A stretch of DNA of 64,000 nt, from positions 416,001 to 480,000 of the forward strand of contig CAWAGQ010000013.1 of the NCBI GenBank assembly GCA_963781585.1, given 5' to 3'. The notes under the pieces were generated by a model. The model was given only the letters and a program-made list of their open reading frames with translations. It made no database searches and was not told where the DNA came from. The translations under genes and the position numbers were made by a program. Positions 22,691-32,137 of the stretch are shown here, piece after piece; positions within the stretch are counted from its first letter, which is position 1, and every line of letters starts with the position of its first letter. This DNA is from an uncultured Gemmatimonadaceae bacterium. Lineage in GTDB: Bacteria; Gemmatimonadota; Gemmatimonadetes; Gemmatimonadales; Gemmatimonadaceae.

Positions 22691-24781
22691 TCAGGTCCCG
22701 GAAGCGGGGGCGTCGTCGAGGACGGTCCGCACGACGCGCGCCAGATCCTCCAGGGACCATGGTTTCTGCAGGACGGGCGCCGATCGCCCCTCGACGGCGC
22801 GCAGGTCGCGCTCCGAGTATCCGCTGGTCAACACAAACGGGACCATCACGCCCCGCGACCGCAGGGTCTCGAGCAACTCCACACCGCCCATCTTCGGCAT
22901 CACCGCGTCGGAGAAGACGAGTGCGATGCGCGCCGCATGCTCCAGGAACACGCGCAGTCCGTCCTCGCCATCCACCGCCGTGAGCACGGTGTATCCGAGA
23001 CGCCGCAGCGATCGCTCGGCCACGCTCCGGAGGAACGGTTCGTCTTCCACCACCAGGACGGTTTCGGTCCCTCCTCGTGGGGCCTGGCGGGGCGTCTGGG
23101 CTGCATGCGTCACCGCCCGGATCGGAAAGAACAGGCGGACGGTGGTCCCGTGTCCCGGCTGACTCGACAGGCTCAGGAAGCCTCTATGCTGCTGCATCAG
23201 ACCGAACACCATTGACAGACCGAGCCCGGTCCCCTCCCCGGCGGGCTTGGTGGTGAAGAACGGCTCCATCGCTCGCGCCAGCGTCCCCTCGTCCATGCCG
23301 GTACCGGTATCGATCACCGAGAGCGTCACGTATTCGCCAGGTGCACCGAGCGACGACTCGGGGTCGCCGGGCGAGACCCGGACCTGGTCGACGACGATGG
23401 TCACGGTTCCCCCGTCCGGCATGGCATCGCGCGCGTTGGTTGCGAGGTTGAACAGCATCTGCTCCACCGCGTCCGCGTCGGCCATGATCTGCGGCGTCTC
23501 GCGTCTCGACTCGGTCCGGATCTCGATGCTGGCGGGAATGAGCCGGCGCAGCGTGTCGGCCGCCTCGCTCACGATCTTGTCGATCCGCTCCGGCTGCGGA
23601 TTCACCTTCTCGTGCCTCGTGAAGGCGAGCAGCCGGCGGATCATCGCGCTGCCCCGGCGCACCGCCATCTCCATCTCGGTCAGATAGGTGCGCGACTCGT
23701 CGTTCCGGGTGCCGAGTTCGCTCTCCAGCAGTGAGGCGTTCGTCAACACGACGGTCAGCACGTTGTTCAGCTCGTGTGCGATCCCGCCGGCCAGGGTTCC
23801 CACCGCCTCGAGTTTCTGGGCCTGCTGCATCGCGCTCTGGGCCGCCCGGCGGACCGTGATGTCGCCGATGGAACCGAACATCCGCACCGCTTGGCCCGAC
23901 TCGTCAGGCAGGAACACGCCCTGGTCCTCGACCGTGACGTAGCTGCCGTCCTTCCGGGAAAAGCGGTATTCGGCGGCGAAGCTTCCGCACCGACGACGCG
24001 CATCCTCGAGCAGGGCGAGCGTCGTGGAGCGGTCCTCTTCGTGCACCATGGCGGTCCAGCGTGCCATGTCGAACGCCTGGAATTCCCCGGCGGGAAACCC
24101 GGTCACCCGCTCGATGGCGCCGAACCACTCGATGCGCCCGTTGGACACATCGTAGTCGTAAATGACCTTGCCCGTCTGCTCACTGGTGACCCGATATCGC
24201 GCCTCGCTTTCCCGCAGCGCCGCCTCCATCCGCAGGCGTTCGCCCAGCTCGCGTTCCTTGTCCGAAAGCGTGGACTGCAGTGCGCGCGACAGCATCTGCA
24301 GTTCGCCGACCTTGTCCTCGAGCTCGCGCACCAGCCGCTGGTTGTACGCCTTGAGAAAGACGCGCTCGTCGGGAACTGCGGGAGCGTCCCGATGAGTCGG
24401 CGTCTGGCGGGCGAGGCGCCGGCGCCCCAATGTCGTGATCGTGCTGAGCAGGACCTCGGGATCCACCGGTTGCTCCAGAAACCGGTCGGCTCCGAGCGCG
24501 AGGGCGCGCTCCTCGTCCGCCGGATCGGTGTGCGTCCCCGTCAACACCACGAAGGGGATGCGCTGCCACCTGGGATGCGCCTTGACCGCGCGGCAGAGCT
24601 CGAAGCCGTCCATCTGCGGCATCAGGACGTCGGAAATGACGACGTCGACCCGTTCGCGAGCCAGCATGTCGAGCGCCTCGACGCCGTTTGTTGCCCACAC
24701 CACCTCGAGCCCGCGCTCGGTGAGGAGCGTCTGGAGGTGGCGCCGGTGTTCCTGGTGGTCGTCGACGTGGAGGATTCGCAT
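22691..24781 (-). CDS. Hybrid sensor kinase REC-PAS-HisKA-HATPase-REC
   Basis: MRILHVDD...SDVLMP, PAS/PAC, IAHELNN, NARDAM, FFTTK, C-terminal VVEDE...LQKPW. Confidence 0.92.
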   Translation of the reverse strand: MRILHVDDHQEHRRHLQTLLTERGLEVVWATNGVEALDMLARERVDVVISDVLMPQMDGFELCRAVKAHPRWQRIPFVVLTGTHTDPADEERALALGADRFLEQPVDPEVLLSTITTLGRRRLARQTPTHRDAPAVPDERVFLKAYNQRLVRELEDKVGELQMLSRALQSTLSDKERELGERLRMEAALRESEARYRVTSEQTGKVIYDYDVSNGRIEWFGAIERVTGFPAGEFQAFDMARWTAMVHEEDRSTTLALLEDARRRCGSFAAEYRFSRKDGSYVTVEDQGVFLPDESGQAVRMFGSIGDITVRRAAQSAMQQAQKLEAVGTLAGGIAHELNNVLTVVLTNASLLESELGTRNDESRTYLTEMEMAVRRGSAMIRRLLAFTRHEKVNPQPERIDKIVSEAADTLRRLIPASIEIRTESRRETPQIMADADAVEQMLFNLATNARDAMPDGGTVTIVVDQVRVSPGDPESSLGAPGEYVTLSVIDTGTGMDEGTLARAMEPFFTTKPAGEGTGLGLSMVFGLMQQHRGFLSLSSQPGHGTTVRLFFPIRAVTHAAQTPRQAPRGGTETVLVVEDEPFLRSVAERSLRRLGYTVLTAVDGEDGLRVFLEHAARIALVFSDAVMPKMGGVELLETLRSRGVMVPFVLTSGYSERDLRAVEGRSAPVLQKPWSLEDLARVVRTVLDDAPASGT

Positions 24782-24879
24782 GGGCGGCGGGGACCGTTCG
24801 CGAGAGCCCGGTGGGCGCAGTCCGCTCACCAGTTATCGGCACCCGCGCCCGACAACTTGAGCCTGCCCCGGGCTGAGCG

Positions 24880-25332
24880 CTACGCGACCGTGCGCACGTT
24901 CACGCGAACGTCTTCGGTCGCGACCGCGACCGTGCCGTAGAGGGGTCAACGCCTCTTGAATCCCTCGACCAGTGCGGCCGCCTGGTCGTCGTCTGTGCCC
25001 GCAATCTCGAAATCGAGGCGGACCGAGTTGAAGAGCGTCACGTCCGTACGTGACTGCCGGGCACGGTCCAGTACGCCCTCCACGCGAACACTCGCCCGCG
25101 CCAGGGGAACGTTCGTATCGCGCGCGATCACCTGGAGCAGTTCGACCCCGCATGACGCCACCGCGGAGAGAAACACCTCCGGCGGCGTAAGCTCCTCACC
25201 CGGGCAGCCATTCTGCACCGGACCATCGACGATGAAGTGATGATCCCGCGCGCTGCACAGGACGCGGCCGAGGGTGTCGGTGGAGCTCGCGTGGACCAGA
25301 TACTCGCGAATGGTGGTCGCTGGCGCGTTCAT
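24880..25332 (-). CDS. OsmC-family protein, probable selenoprotein (UGA at 24946-24948)
   Basis: TPPEVFLSAVASC carries the first OsmC Cys. The frame continues KRR-TGA-PLYGTV to TAG 24880, with TGA at the second-Cys position and a SECIS-like hairpin downstream. Confidence 0.8.
24915..24932 (-). promoter_or_regulatory. Putative bacterial SECIS element
   Basis: Minus-strand CGGTCGC-GGTC-GCGACCG: perfect 7-bp stem with GGUC loop, starting 14 nt after the UGA. Confidence 0.7.
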
Positions 25333-25366
25333 GTGACGTGACTCCGGGTTGTGGGCAGACATTGCA

Positions 25367-25864
25367 TCAGTCGAACTCCCGTCGCGGCGCTGATTGCTCT
25401 GGTCCCACTCGCCCCACAGCGATCTCCGCGCGGAAGTAGTTCTCGCCGCGCACCGGCACACCGGCCAGGCGGCGCAGCAGCGTGATCTGTCCCACATGCG
25501 TGAGGGCATCGGCGATCGGGCCCTGGAAGAGTGCCCCCGCCGGACACGCGAGCGCCTCAGCGGAGGCGAGAAACGCGTCCAGCGCCGAGAGCCCGACGAA
25601 CAACCGATCGACGCCGTCGCTCCACGGAAGTGGGTCGGAATCCTTCCACACCTGTTGGCCGCGTCCGAGCCAGATGGCCCAGTCCAGCAAGTCGCCGATG
25701 TGGGCGAGAATCTGACCAGGTGTCCGGGTGGACGGGCCGACCTGAAACGTGGCGAACGAATCCGGTGCGCCGCGTACCGCCTTGGCACCACGATACGCCA
25801 GGGTGGCGACGGTGTGGCGGAGTAGCCGCCGTGCGGCGTCGTCGCGCGCGTGGGCGTCGCTCAT
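25367..25864 (-). CDS. DinB-like hypothetical protein
   Basis: QILAHIGDL and DALTHVGQITLLRRLAG His-helix pattern. Confidence 0.7.
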   Translation of the reverse strand: MSDAHARDDAARRLLRHTVATLAYRGAKAVRGAPDSFATFQVGPSTRTPGQILAHIGDLLDWAIWLGRGQQVWKDSDPLPWSDGVDRLFVGLSALDAFLASAEALACPAGALFQGPIADALTHVGQITLLRRLAGVPVRGENYFRAEIAVGRVGPEQSAPRREFD

Positions 25865-25922
25865 CGGTCCCGCCCATCACGAGAATGATGGTGAATCCTG
25901 AACATGTCCGCGTCGTTGTCTT

Positions 25923-26507
25923 TCAGGCGGTAAGCGCCGGCGGGTGACCGGGCGATCCGGCACCCCGGCTCTGCACCGCGATCGCCGATTGTCCCATCGA
26001 ATCGATCCTCGATACCGCGAACACCAGGTGCTCATAGCCGTGGAACATCGTGGACCGTTCGGGAGCCATCCCGATTTTACGCGCCACGCCCTGCGACGGA
26101 AGATTCTCCGGACGAATCATCGAGATCACCCGATGCTTGTCGAGCTGTGCGAAGGCGAAGCCGCGCACCGCCAGAGCAGCCTCCGCGGCGTACCCACGCC
26201 TCCAGCAGGGTCGGTGGATCAACCAGCCGATCTCGGGCTCGCGCACCCCATCCACCGTCTGCATGGCGAGGCCCACGGCCCCCACCGGCGCCTGGTCGCC
26301 GGCCAGCGCCACCAGCCAGAGCCCGTGGCCGTCCACGGCATAACGACGGAGCTGGCGGTCCAGCCACTCCTGCGACTCGGCTCTGTCGTATTTCTTCGGA
26401 TAGAAGCGCATGACCTCCTCGTCGCCGAGCAGTGTGGCGACGAAGTCGAGGTCCCGGATGGTGAATTCCCGCAATATCAGGCGCGGGGTGGCGATGATCG
26501 TCTTCAC
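25923..26507 (-). CDS. GNAT N-acetyltransferase (RimJ/RimL type)
   Basis: TPRLILREF, EIGW, WRRGYAAEAA, ENLPSQGVARKIGM. Confidence 0.88.
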   Translation of the reverse strand: MKTIIATPRLILREFTIRDLDFVATLLGDEEVMRFYPKKYDRAESQEWLDRQLRRYAVDGHGLWLVALAGDQAPVGAVGLAMQTVDGVREPEIGWLIHRPCWRRGYAAEAALAVRGFAFAQLDKHRVISMIRPENLPSQGVARKIGMAPERSTMFHGYEHLVFAVSRIDSMGQSAIAVQSRGAGSPGHPPALTA

Positions 26508-26566
26508 CTGTGCTCTCCGCTCCCTCCGACCAGCGGCACGGCCAGCATGCCCGGCAATCCGGGCCC

Positions 26567-26683
26567 CGCCATTGTACTCGCCGCGGAGCCGTCGCGGGAG
26601 GCGGGGACCACAGGACGGGGTCGCCGCCAGTGTACTGGCCGCGGAGCCGTCGCGACAGACGGGGAACCGAAGGGCGGGATCGC
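26567..26683. repeat. Imperfect tandem duplication of about 58 bp in a divergent intergenic region
   Basis: TGTACT(C/G)GCCGCGGAGCCGTCGCG at 26573 and 26631. Confidence 0.8.
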
Positions 26684-26818
26684 ACCATCGTCATGACCGG
26701 GAGGCAGTCATTCCGCTGGCGCGGCGCGTCGTCCGTGGGGAGCACCGCGGCGTCGCCTTGAAAAGCCTGCTCCCCCCGGCGAAGATGCGAGTACCTCCTT
26801 TCCCGGCAAAACGCAGGC

Positions 26819-28621
26819 GTGCGCCCAACCGACGTCAGCAATCCGAAGTATTACCACAAGGTCGTCGACTGCCAGTGGGCATGTCCGGCGCACACCAACG
26901 TCCCCGAGTACATCCGGCTCATCGCCCAGGGACGTTACACCGACGCGTACATGCTCAACCGGGAATCGAACGTCTTTCCGGGAATACTCGGGCGCACCTG
27001 TGATCGCCCGTGCGAGCCGGCCTGTCGGCGCGGGCGGGTGGACGGCAAGCCGGTGGCCATCTGTCGGCTGAAGCGGGTCGCCGCCGATCTGCGCGATGAG
27101 TTCCGGCATCTGTTGCCGCCGATCCCGCCGGACAGGAACGGGAAGCGCGTGGCCCTGGTCGGCGCGGGACCGGCGTCGCTGACGGTCGCCAACGATCTCA
27201 TGCCGTTAGGCTACGAGTGCGTCATCTTCGAAAAGCTGTCGCGCCCCGGCGGATTGATGCGCATCAACATCCCGTCGTTCCGGCTGCCGGCCGCGGTGCT
27301 GGATGAGGAGGTGGACGTCATCCTGACGATGGGCGTCGATATCCGGTATGACGCGCCGATCGCGAGCATGAGGGCGCTGCTCGACCAGGAGTTCGACGCG
27401 GTCTTTGTCGGAAGCGGGGCGCCGAAGGGGAAGGAACTCGAGGTCCCTGGCCGGCACGACACCGACCGGGTCCACATTGGTATCGAGTGGCTGGCCAGTG
27501 TCCATTTCGGACACGTCGACGCCATCGGCCAGCGGGTCCTGATCATCGGCGTGGGGAACACCGCCATGGATTGTTGCCGGACGTCGAAGCGGCTGGGGGC
27601 CACCGACGTGAAAGTCATGGCGCGGCGGACGCGCCAGTACTTCAAGGCGTCGCCGTGGGAGCTCGAGGATGCCGAGGAAGAGCAGGTGCAGATCATCGAG
27701 AACCACGCCCCGAAGCGCTTTCTGGTCGAGCAGGGCCGTCTGGTCGGGATGGAGTTCGAGCAGCTGCGCTGGACGCGCGCGGCCGACGGACGGCAGAAGA
27801 GCGAAGCGGTGGGCACGGTGACCATTCCCTGCGACGACGTCATCCTTGCCATCGGGCAGGAGAACGCCTTTCCGTGGATCGAACGCGATATCGGCGTGGA
27901 ATTCGACGAGCACGACATGCCGGTGGTGGATCGCATCACCTTCCAGAGTACGCGACCCGGTGTGTTCTTCGGCGGCGATGCGGCCTGGGGACCCGAGAAC
28001 ATCATCTGGGCGGTGGAGCATGGGCACCAGGCGGCCATCTCCATCCACAACCATTGTATGGGGATGCCGGTGGACGACCGCCCCGGGCAGGGGATGACCC
28101 TCGCGAGCGTGAAGCTCGGAATGCACGCCTGGCAGTACAGCAACGACTACAACCCGGCGCCGCGCCAGAAGATGATCCACGCCGACCTCGAGAAGCGGTT
28201 TGCGCGCCTGTCGGTGGAGGTCGAGCTGGGATTCACGCCGGAACAGGTGACGCGGGAGGTGGAGCGCTGCCTCAATTGCGACATCGAGACCGATTTCACC
28301 GCCGGGTTGTGCATCGAGTGCGACGCCTGCATCGACGTCTGCCCGGTCAACTGCCTGACGATTGCGCCGGATGGGGAGGAGGCCGATCTGCGCGCGCGTC
28401 TGTCGGCCCCGGCCGGGAATGTCGACCAGGACCTCTACGTGTCGGCGGCGCTGCCGCAGACCCGGCGGGTGATGGTGAAGGACGAGGACATCTGCCTGCA
28501 TTGCGGCCTCTGCGCCGAGCGCTGTCCGACCGCCGCGTGGGACATGAAGCAGTTCCAGCTGGTGCTGCCCTACGCAGGAAACGCCGCCGGCGGTCAGCTG
28601 ACGGTGCTTGGTCAACCCTGA
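26819..28621 (+). CDS. GltD-like FAD/NAD(P)H oxidoreductase with C-terminal 2[4Fe-4S] domain (KorC-like)
   Basis: CQWACP, GRTCDRPCEPAC, GAGPAS, GVGNTAMD, CIECDACIDVCP, CLHCGLCAERCP. Confidence 0.88.
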   Translation: MRPTDVSNPKYYHKVVDCQWACPAHTNVPEYIRLIAQGRYTDAYMLNRESNVFPGILGRTCDRPCEPACRRGRVDGKPVAICRLKRVAADLRDEFRHLLPPIPPDRNGKRVALVGAGPASLTVANDLMPLGYECVIFEKLSRPGGLMRINIPSFRLPAAVLDEEVDVILTMGVDIRYDAPIASMRALLDQEFDAVFVGSGAPKGKELEVPGRHDTDRVHIGIEWLASVHFGHVDAIGQRVLIIGVGNTAMDCCRTSKRLGATDVKVMARRTRQYFKASPWELEDAEEEQVQIIENHAPKRFLVEQGRLVGMEFEQLRWTRAADGRQKSEAVGTVTIPCDDVILAIGQENAFPWIERDIGVEFDEHDMPVVDRITFQSTRPGVFFGGDAAWGPENIIWAVEHGHQAAISIHNHCMGMPVDDRPGQGMTLASVKLGMHAWQYSNDYNPAPRQKMIHADLEKRFARLSVEVELGFTPEQVTREVERCLNCDIETDFTAGLCIECDACIDVCPVNCLTIAPDGEEADLRARLSAPAGNVDQDLYVSAALPQTRRVMVKDEDICLHCGLCAERCPTAAWDMKQFQLVLPYAGNAAGGQLTVLGQP

Positions 28622-30422
28622 CGTGATCAACGACTTCTGCTTCAAGATCGCGACCGTGAACGGCACCGGCTCCGCCAGTGCCAACGGACTCCTCATGCAG
28701 GCGATCTTCCGCATGGGAATCCCGGTGGTCGGGAAGAATGTCTTTCCGTCGAACATCCAGGGTCTGCCCACCTGGTACGAGATCCGGGTGAACAAGGACG
28801 GCTACACGGCCCGGACCGCCCCGTTCGATCTCATGGTGGCGATGAATCCGTCCACCTACGCGCGGGACGTGGCCGACATCCGTCCCAGCGGCTGGCTGCT
28901 CTACGACTCCTCGTGGCCGATGCCGAAGGAACTGCTGCGCGACGACGTCATCGTGCTGGGCGTCCCATTCGGCCAGATGTGCAACGAGACGTTCCAGGGC
29001 GATCGCGAGCGCACGCTGATGAAGAACATCGCCTGCGCGGGCGCGCTGGCGGCGCTGCTCGACATCGACATGGACGTGGTCCAGGAGATGCTGGAGGAGA
29101 AGTTCGCCCGCAAGAAGAGCCTGCTCGAGTCGAACCACAAGGCGATCCGGCTCGGCTACGACTACGCGACGGCGCACTTCGCCTGTCCACTGCCGATCCG
29201 TCTGGAGCGCATGGACGCCACCAGGGACAATATCCTGATCGACGGCAACACGGCCGCCGCGTTAGGCTGTGTCTACGCCGGCGCCACCGTCGGCGCCTGG
29301 TATCCGATCACCCCGGCCACCTCGCTGATGGAGAACTTCAAGGCCTTCTGCGAGCGTTTCCGTGTGGAACCGGAGACCGGCAAGCGCAGATTCTGTATCG
29401 TGCAGGCGGAAGACGAGCTGGCCGCGGCCGGAATCGTCATCGGCGCCGGCTGGATGGGTGCCCGTGCCTTCACGCCCACCGCCGGGCCGGGCATCTCGCT
29501 CATGAGCGAGTTCGTCGGCCTCGCGTATTACGCCGAGGTCCCGGCTGTGTTCTTCGATGTGCAGCGCACCGGCCCGTCCACCGGCATGCCGACGCGCACC
29601 CAGCAGGCCGACCTCCTCTCGATCGCGTTCCTCTCCCACGGCGACACGCGCCACATCGCCCTCTTCCCGTCGTCGCCCGAAGACTGCTTCTACATGGCGG
29701 GCCAGGCCTTCGACCTGGCCGAGCGATTCCAGACCCCGGTGTTCGTGGTCTCCGACCTGGATATCGGGATGAACGACTGGATGTGCCGGCGCCTCACCTG
29801 GGACGACAGCTATCGACCCGATCGCGGCAAGGTCCTGTCGGCCGAAGAGCTCGACCAGCTCCCGCGGTTCTACCGATACCTGTCGAACAACGGCGACGGT
29901 GTGGCGGCCCGCACACTTCCAGGCGTCCACCCCAAGGGAGCGTATTTCACGCGGGGGTCGGGGCACAACAAGTTCGGCGCGTACACCGAGGACGACGCCG
30001 AGTACCGGGAGGTCGTCGACCGGCTGGCCCGCAAGCTCGACGCGGCGGCGCGGGCCGTGCCTGAGCCGGAGATCATCCGGCAGGACGGCGCGGAAGTCGG
30101 CGTGATCACGATCGGGAGTTGCCGCGGCGCGGTGCTCGAGGGACTCGACCGGCTGCGCGAACGCGGTGTCGCACTCGACTTCATGCGCGTCCGGGCGTTC
30201 CCGTTCGGTCCGGCCGTGCTCTCGTTCGTGCACTCGCACGAGCGGTGCATCGTGATCGAGCAGAATCGTGACGGACAGCTCCGGTCACTCCTGCTGCTCG
30301 ACAGCGGGGTGGCGGGAGAACGGCTGCTCTCGGTGCGCGACTACGGTGGATTCCCGCTCGGCACCAATCGTGTCATTGAAGGCATCGTGGGCGAGCTCGA
30401 AGGAGTGGGAGTGCACGCATGA
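28608..30422 (+). CDS. korA: 2-oxoacid:acceptor oxidoreductase alpha subunit
   Basis: NGTGSASAN, YPITPATS, QAEDELAA, QRTGPSTGMPT. Confidence 0.88.
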   Translation: MVNPDVINDFCFKIATVNGTGSASANGLLMQAIFRMGIPVVGKNVFPSNIQGLPTWYEIRVNKDGYTARTAPFDLMVAMNPSTYARDVADIRPSGWLLYDSSWPMPKELLRDDVIVLGVPFGQMCNETFQGDRERTLMKNIACAGALAALLDIDMDVVQEMLEEKFARKKSLLESNHKAIRLGYDYATAHFACPLPIRLERMDATRDNILIDGNTAAALGCVYAGATVGAWYPITPATSLMENFKAFCERFRVEPETGKRRFCIVQAEDELAAAGIVIGAGWMGARAFTPTAGPGISLMSEFVGLAYYAEVPAVFFDVQRTGPSTGMPTRTQQADLLSIAFLSHGDTRHIALFPSSPEDCFYMAGQAFDLAERFQTPVFVVSDLDIGMNDWMCRRLTWDDSYRPDRGKVLSAEELDQLPRFYRYLSNNGDGVAARTLPGVHPKGAYFTRGSGHNKFGAYTEDDAEYREVVDRLARKLDAAARAVPEPEIIRQDGAEVGVITIGSCRGAVLEGLDRLRERGVALDFMRVRAFPFGPAVLSFVHSHERCIVIEQNRDGQLRSLLLLDSGVAGERLLSVRDYGGFPLGTNRVIEGIVGELEGVGVHA

Positions 30423-31474
30423 CATCGATCACCAAGCCACGGGTCCACCATCCGTCCCTCAAGCAGAACGCGCTCGGGCTCACGCGGCGCGATTACGAGG
30501 GATCGATGTCGACCCTCTGCGCCGGGTGCGGACATGACTCGATCACCGCAGCCATCGTCCAGGCGTTCTGGGAGCTGGAGATCCCGCCGCACCGGGTGGC
30601 GAAGCTCAGCGGCATCGGCTGCTCGTCGAAGACCCCGGCGTATTTCGTCTCGCAGGCGCACGGGTTCAATTCGGTGCATGGGCGCATGCCGGCGGTGGCC
30701 ACCGGCGCCAACGCCGCCCATCGCGATCTCTACTACATCGGGATCTCGGGGGACGGCGATTCGCTGTCGATCGGGCTGGGCCAGATGTGCCATGCCATTC
30801 GGCGCAACGTGCGGCTGGTGTACGTGCTGGAGAACAACGGCGTCTACGGCCTCACCAAGGGACAGTTCTCCGCCTCCGCCGACGTCGGCTCGAAATCGAA
30901 GAAGGGTGAGCCCAACGTGCAGACGCCAATCGACCCGGTTCTGCTCGGCCTCACCCTCGGCGCCACGTTCGTCGCCCGCAGCTTCTCGGGCGACAAGGCC
31001 CAGCTGGTCCCGATCCTGAAGGCCGCATTGCGTCACGGCGGGTTCGCGCTGGTGGACGTCATCTCGCCGTGCGTCACCTTCAACGATCACGAAGCGTCCA
31101 CCAAGAGCTACCTCTACACGCGACAGCACTACCACGAGGTGGCAGCGGTGGACTTCGTGCCGCTCCGGCGGGAGATCACCGCCTCATATGGAGATGGCGA
31201 TACACGCGTCGTCACGATGCACGACGGCAGCGTCGTCAAGTTCCGCAAGCTCGCCCCTGACTACGATCCGACCGATCGCGAGGCCGCATACCATTTCGTC
31301 CGGCGGGCGCACGAGAACGGCGAGGTGGTGACCGGCCTGCTCTACATCGATGAGACGGGAGCGGACATGCACGCCGTCAACAAGTCGTCCGACACGCCGC
31401 TGGTCGAGCTACCGTATGAAGCGCTCTGTCCGGGGAGTGCCGCCCTCGCGACACTGATGGAGGAGTTCCGGTGA
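30419..31474 (+). CDS. korB: 2-oxoacid:ferredoxin oxidoreductase beta subunit
   Basis: LCAGCGH, SGIGCSS, HGR, GDGD...NNGVYGLTKGQ, SPCVTFN. Confidence 0.9.
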   Translation: MTSITKPRVHHPSLKQNALGLTRRDYEGSMSTLCAGCGHDSITAAIVQAFWELEIPPHRVAKLSGIGCSSKTPAYFVSQAHGFNSVHGRMPAVATGANAAHRDLYYIGISGDGDSLSIGLGQMCHAIRRNVRLVYVLENNGVYGLTKGQFSASADVGSKSKKGEPNVQTPIDPVLLGLTLGATFVARSFSGDKAQLVPILKAALRHGGFALVDVISPCVTFNDHEASTKSYLYTRQHYHEVAAVDFVPLRREITASYGDGDTRVVTMHDGSVVKFRKLAPDYDPTDREAAYHFVRRAHENGEVVTGLLYIDETGADMHAVNKSSDTPLVELPYEALCPGSAALATLMEEFR

Positions 31475-31478
31475 GCCC

Positions 31479-31874
31479 TCAGGGCGCGCCGAGCTGGTGC
31501 AACATCACCGGCACCGCCATATAGACCCGCCCGCGCCTGATCTTGTCGTTCTGGAGGTCGTAGACGACGCAGAGGGGAACCCGCACGCTCTTCCTGGTGG
31601 GGGGAATGCCTGCGAACTCGCCGATGTGCGTCCCCACAAAGTCTCCCTCGATCGTCGCCTGCTGGTCGGCGACGATGACGTTCCGGAACTCACCGCGCGC
31701 GTCGAAGGCCACGTGGTAGATGTAGTGCAGCATTTGTCGCACCGCCTCCACGCCCCGATGCTCCTGGCCGTCGCTCATGTTGGTGAAGACCACGTCTTCG
31801 GCCATCATGCTCAGGTCGGTGTGCTGGGAGTCGATGTACTTCCGGATGGCGGCGCGTGTGCTGTCGACGGACAT
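31479..31874 (-). CDS. SnoaL-like ester cyclase / NTF2-fold protein
   Basis: GTHIGEFAGIPPTRKSV motif; GAGGAG RBS. Confidence 0.85.
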   Translation of the reverse strand: MSVDSTRAAIRKYIDSQHTDLSMMAEDVVFTNMSDGQEHRGVEAVRQMLHYIYHVAFDARGEFRNVIVADQQATIEGDFVGTHIGEFAGIPPTRKSVRVPLCVVYDLQNDKIRRGRVYMAVPVMLHQLGAP

Positions 31875-32137
31875 CGGAGGCTCCTCTCGAATCGCGGGTG
31901 AGGTGACGATCTGGCCGAACCACCAGGCCGAACGCGGCATGCCAGTCGCGGGCGGGCATAGCCTATCGCTTCGCAGCCGCTCCGGGAAGGCGCCGGGCAA
32001 TTACCAGACGGCCCCATGCCGCCGGATTCGCCACGGCGTAGATTAGCGCCACTACGACCACCGCGCGGCGATGACATGCGAAGGCGCGTCCTCGCCGTGG
32101 CCCACGCAGGCCCGTGTCGTTCCCGAGGAGCAATCTC

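Noticed and set aside
24946..25791. 281-aa ORF as given in the track
   Set aside because: Its N-terminal half overlaps the DinB-like gene in another frame. The real gene starts at 25332 (or 25362) and probably reads through the UGA.
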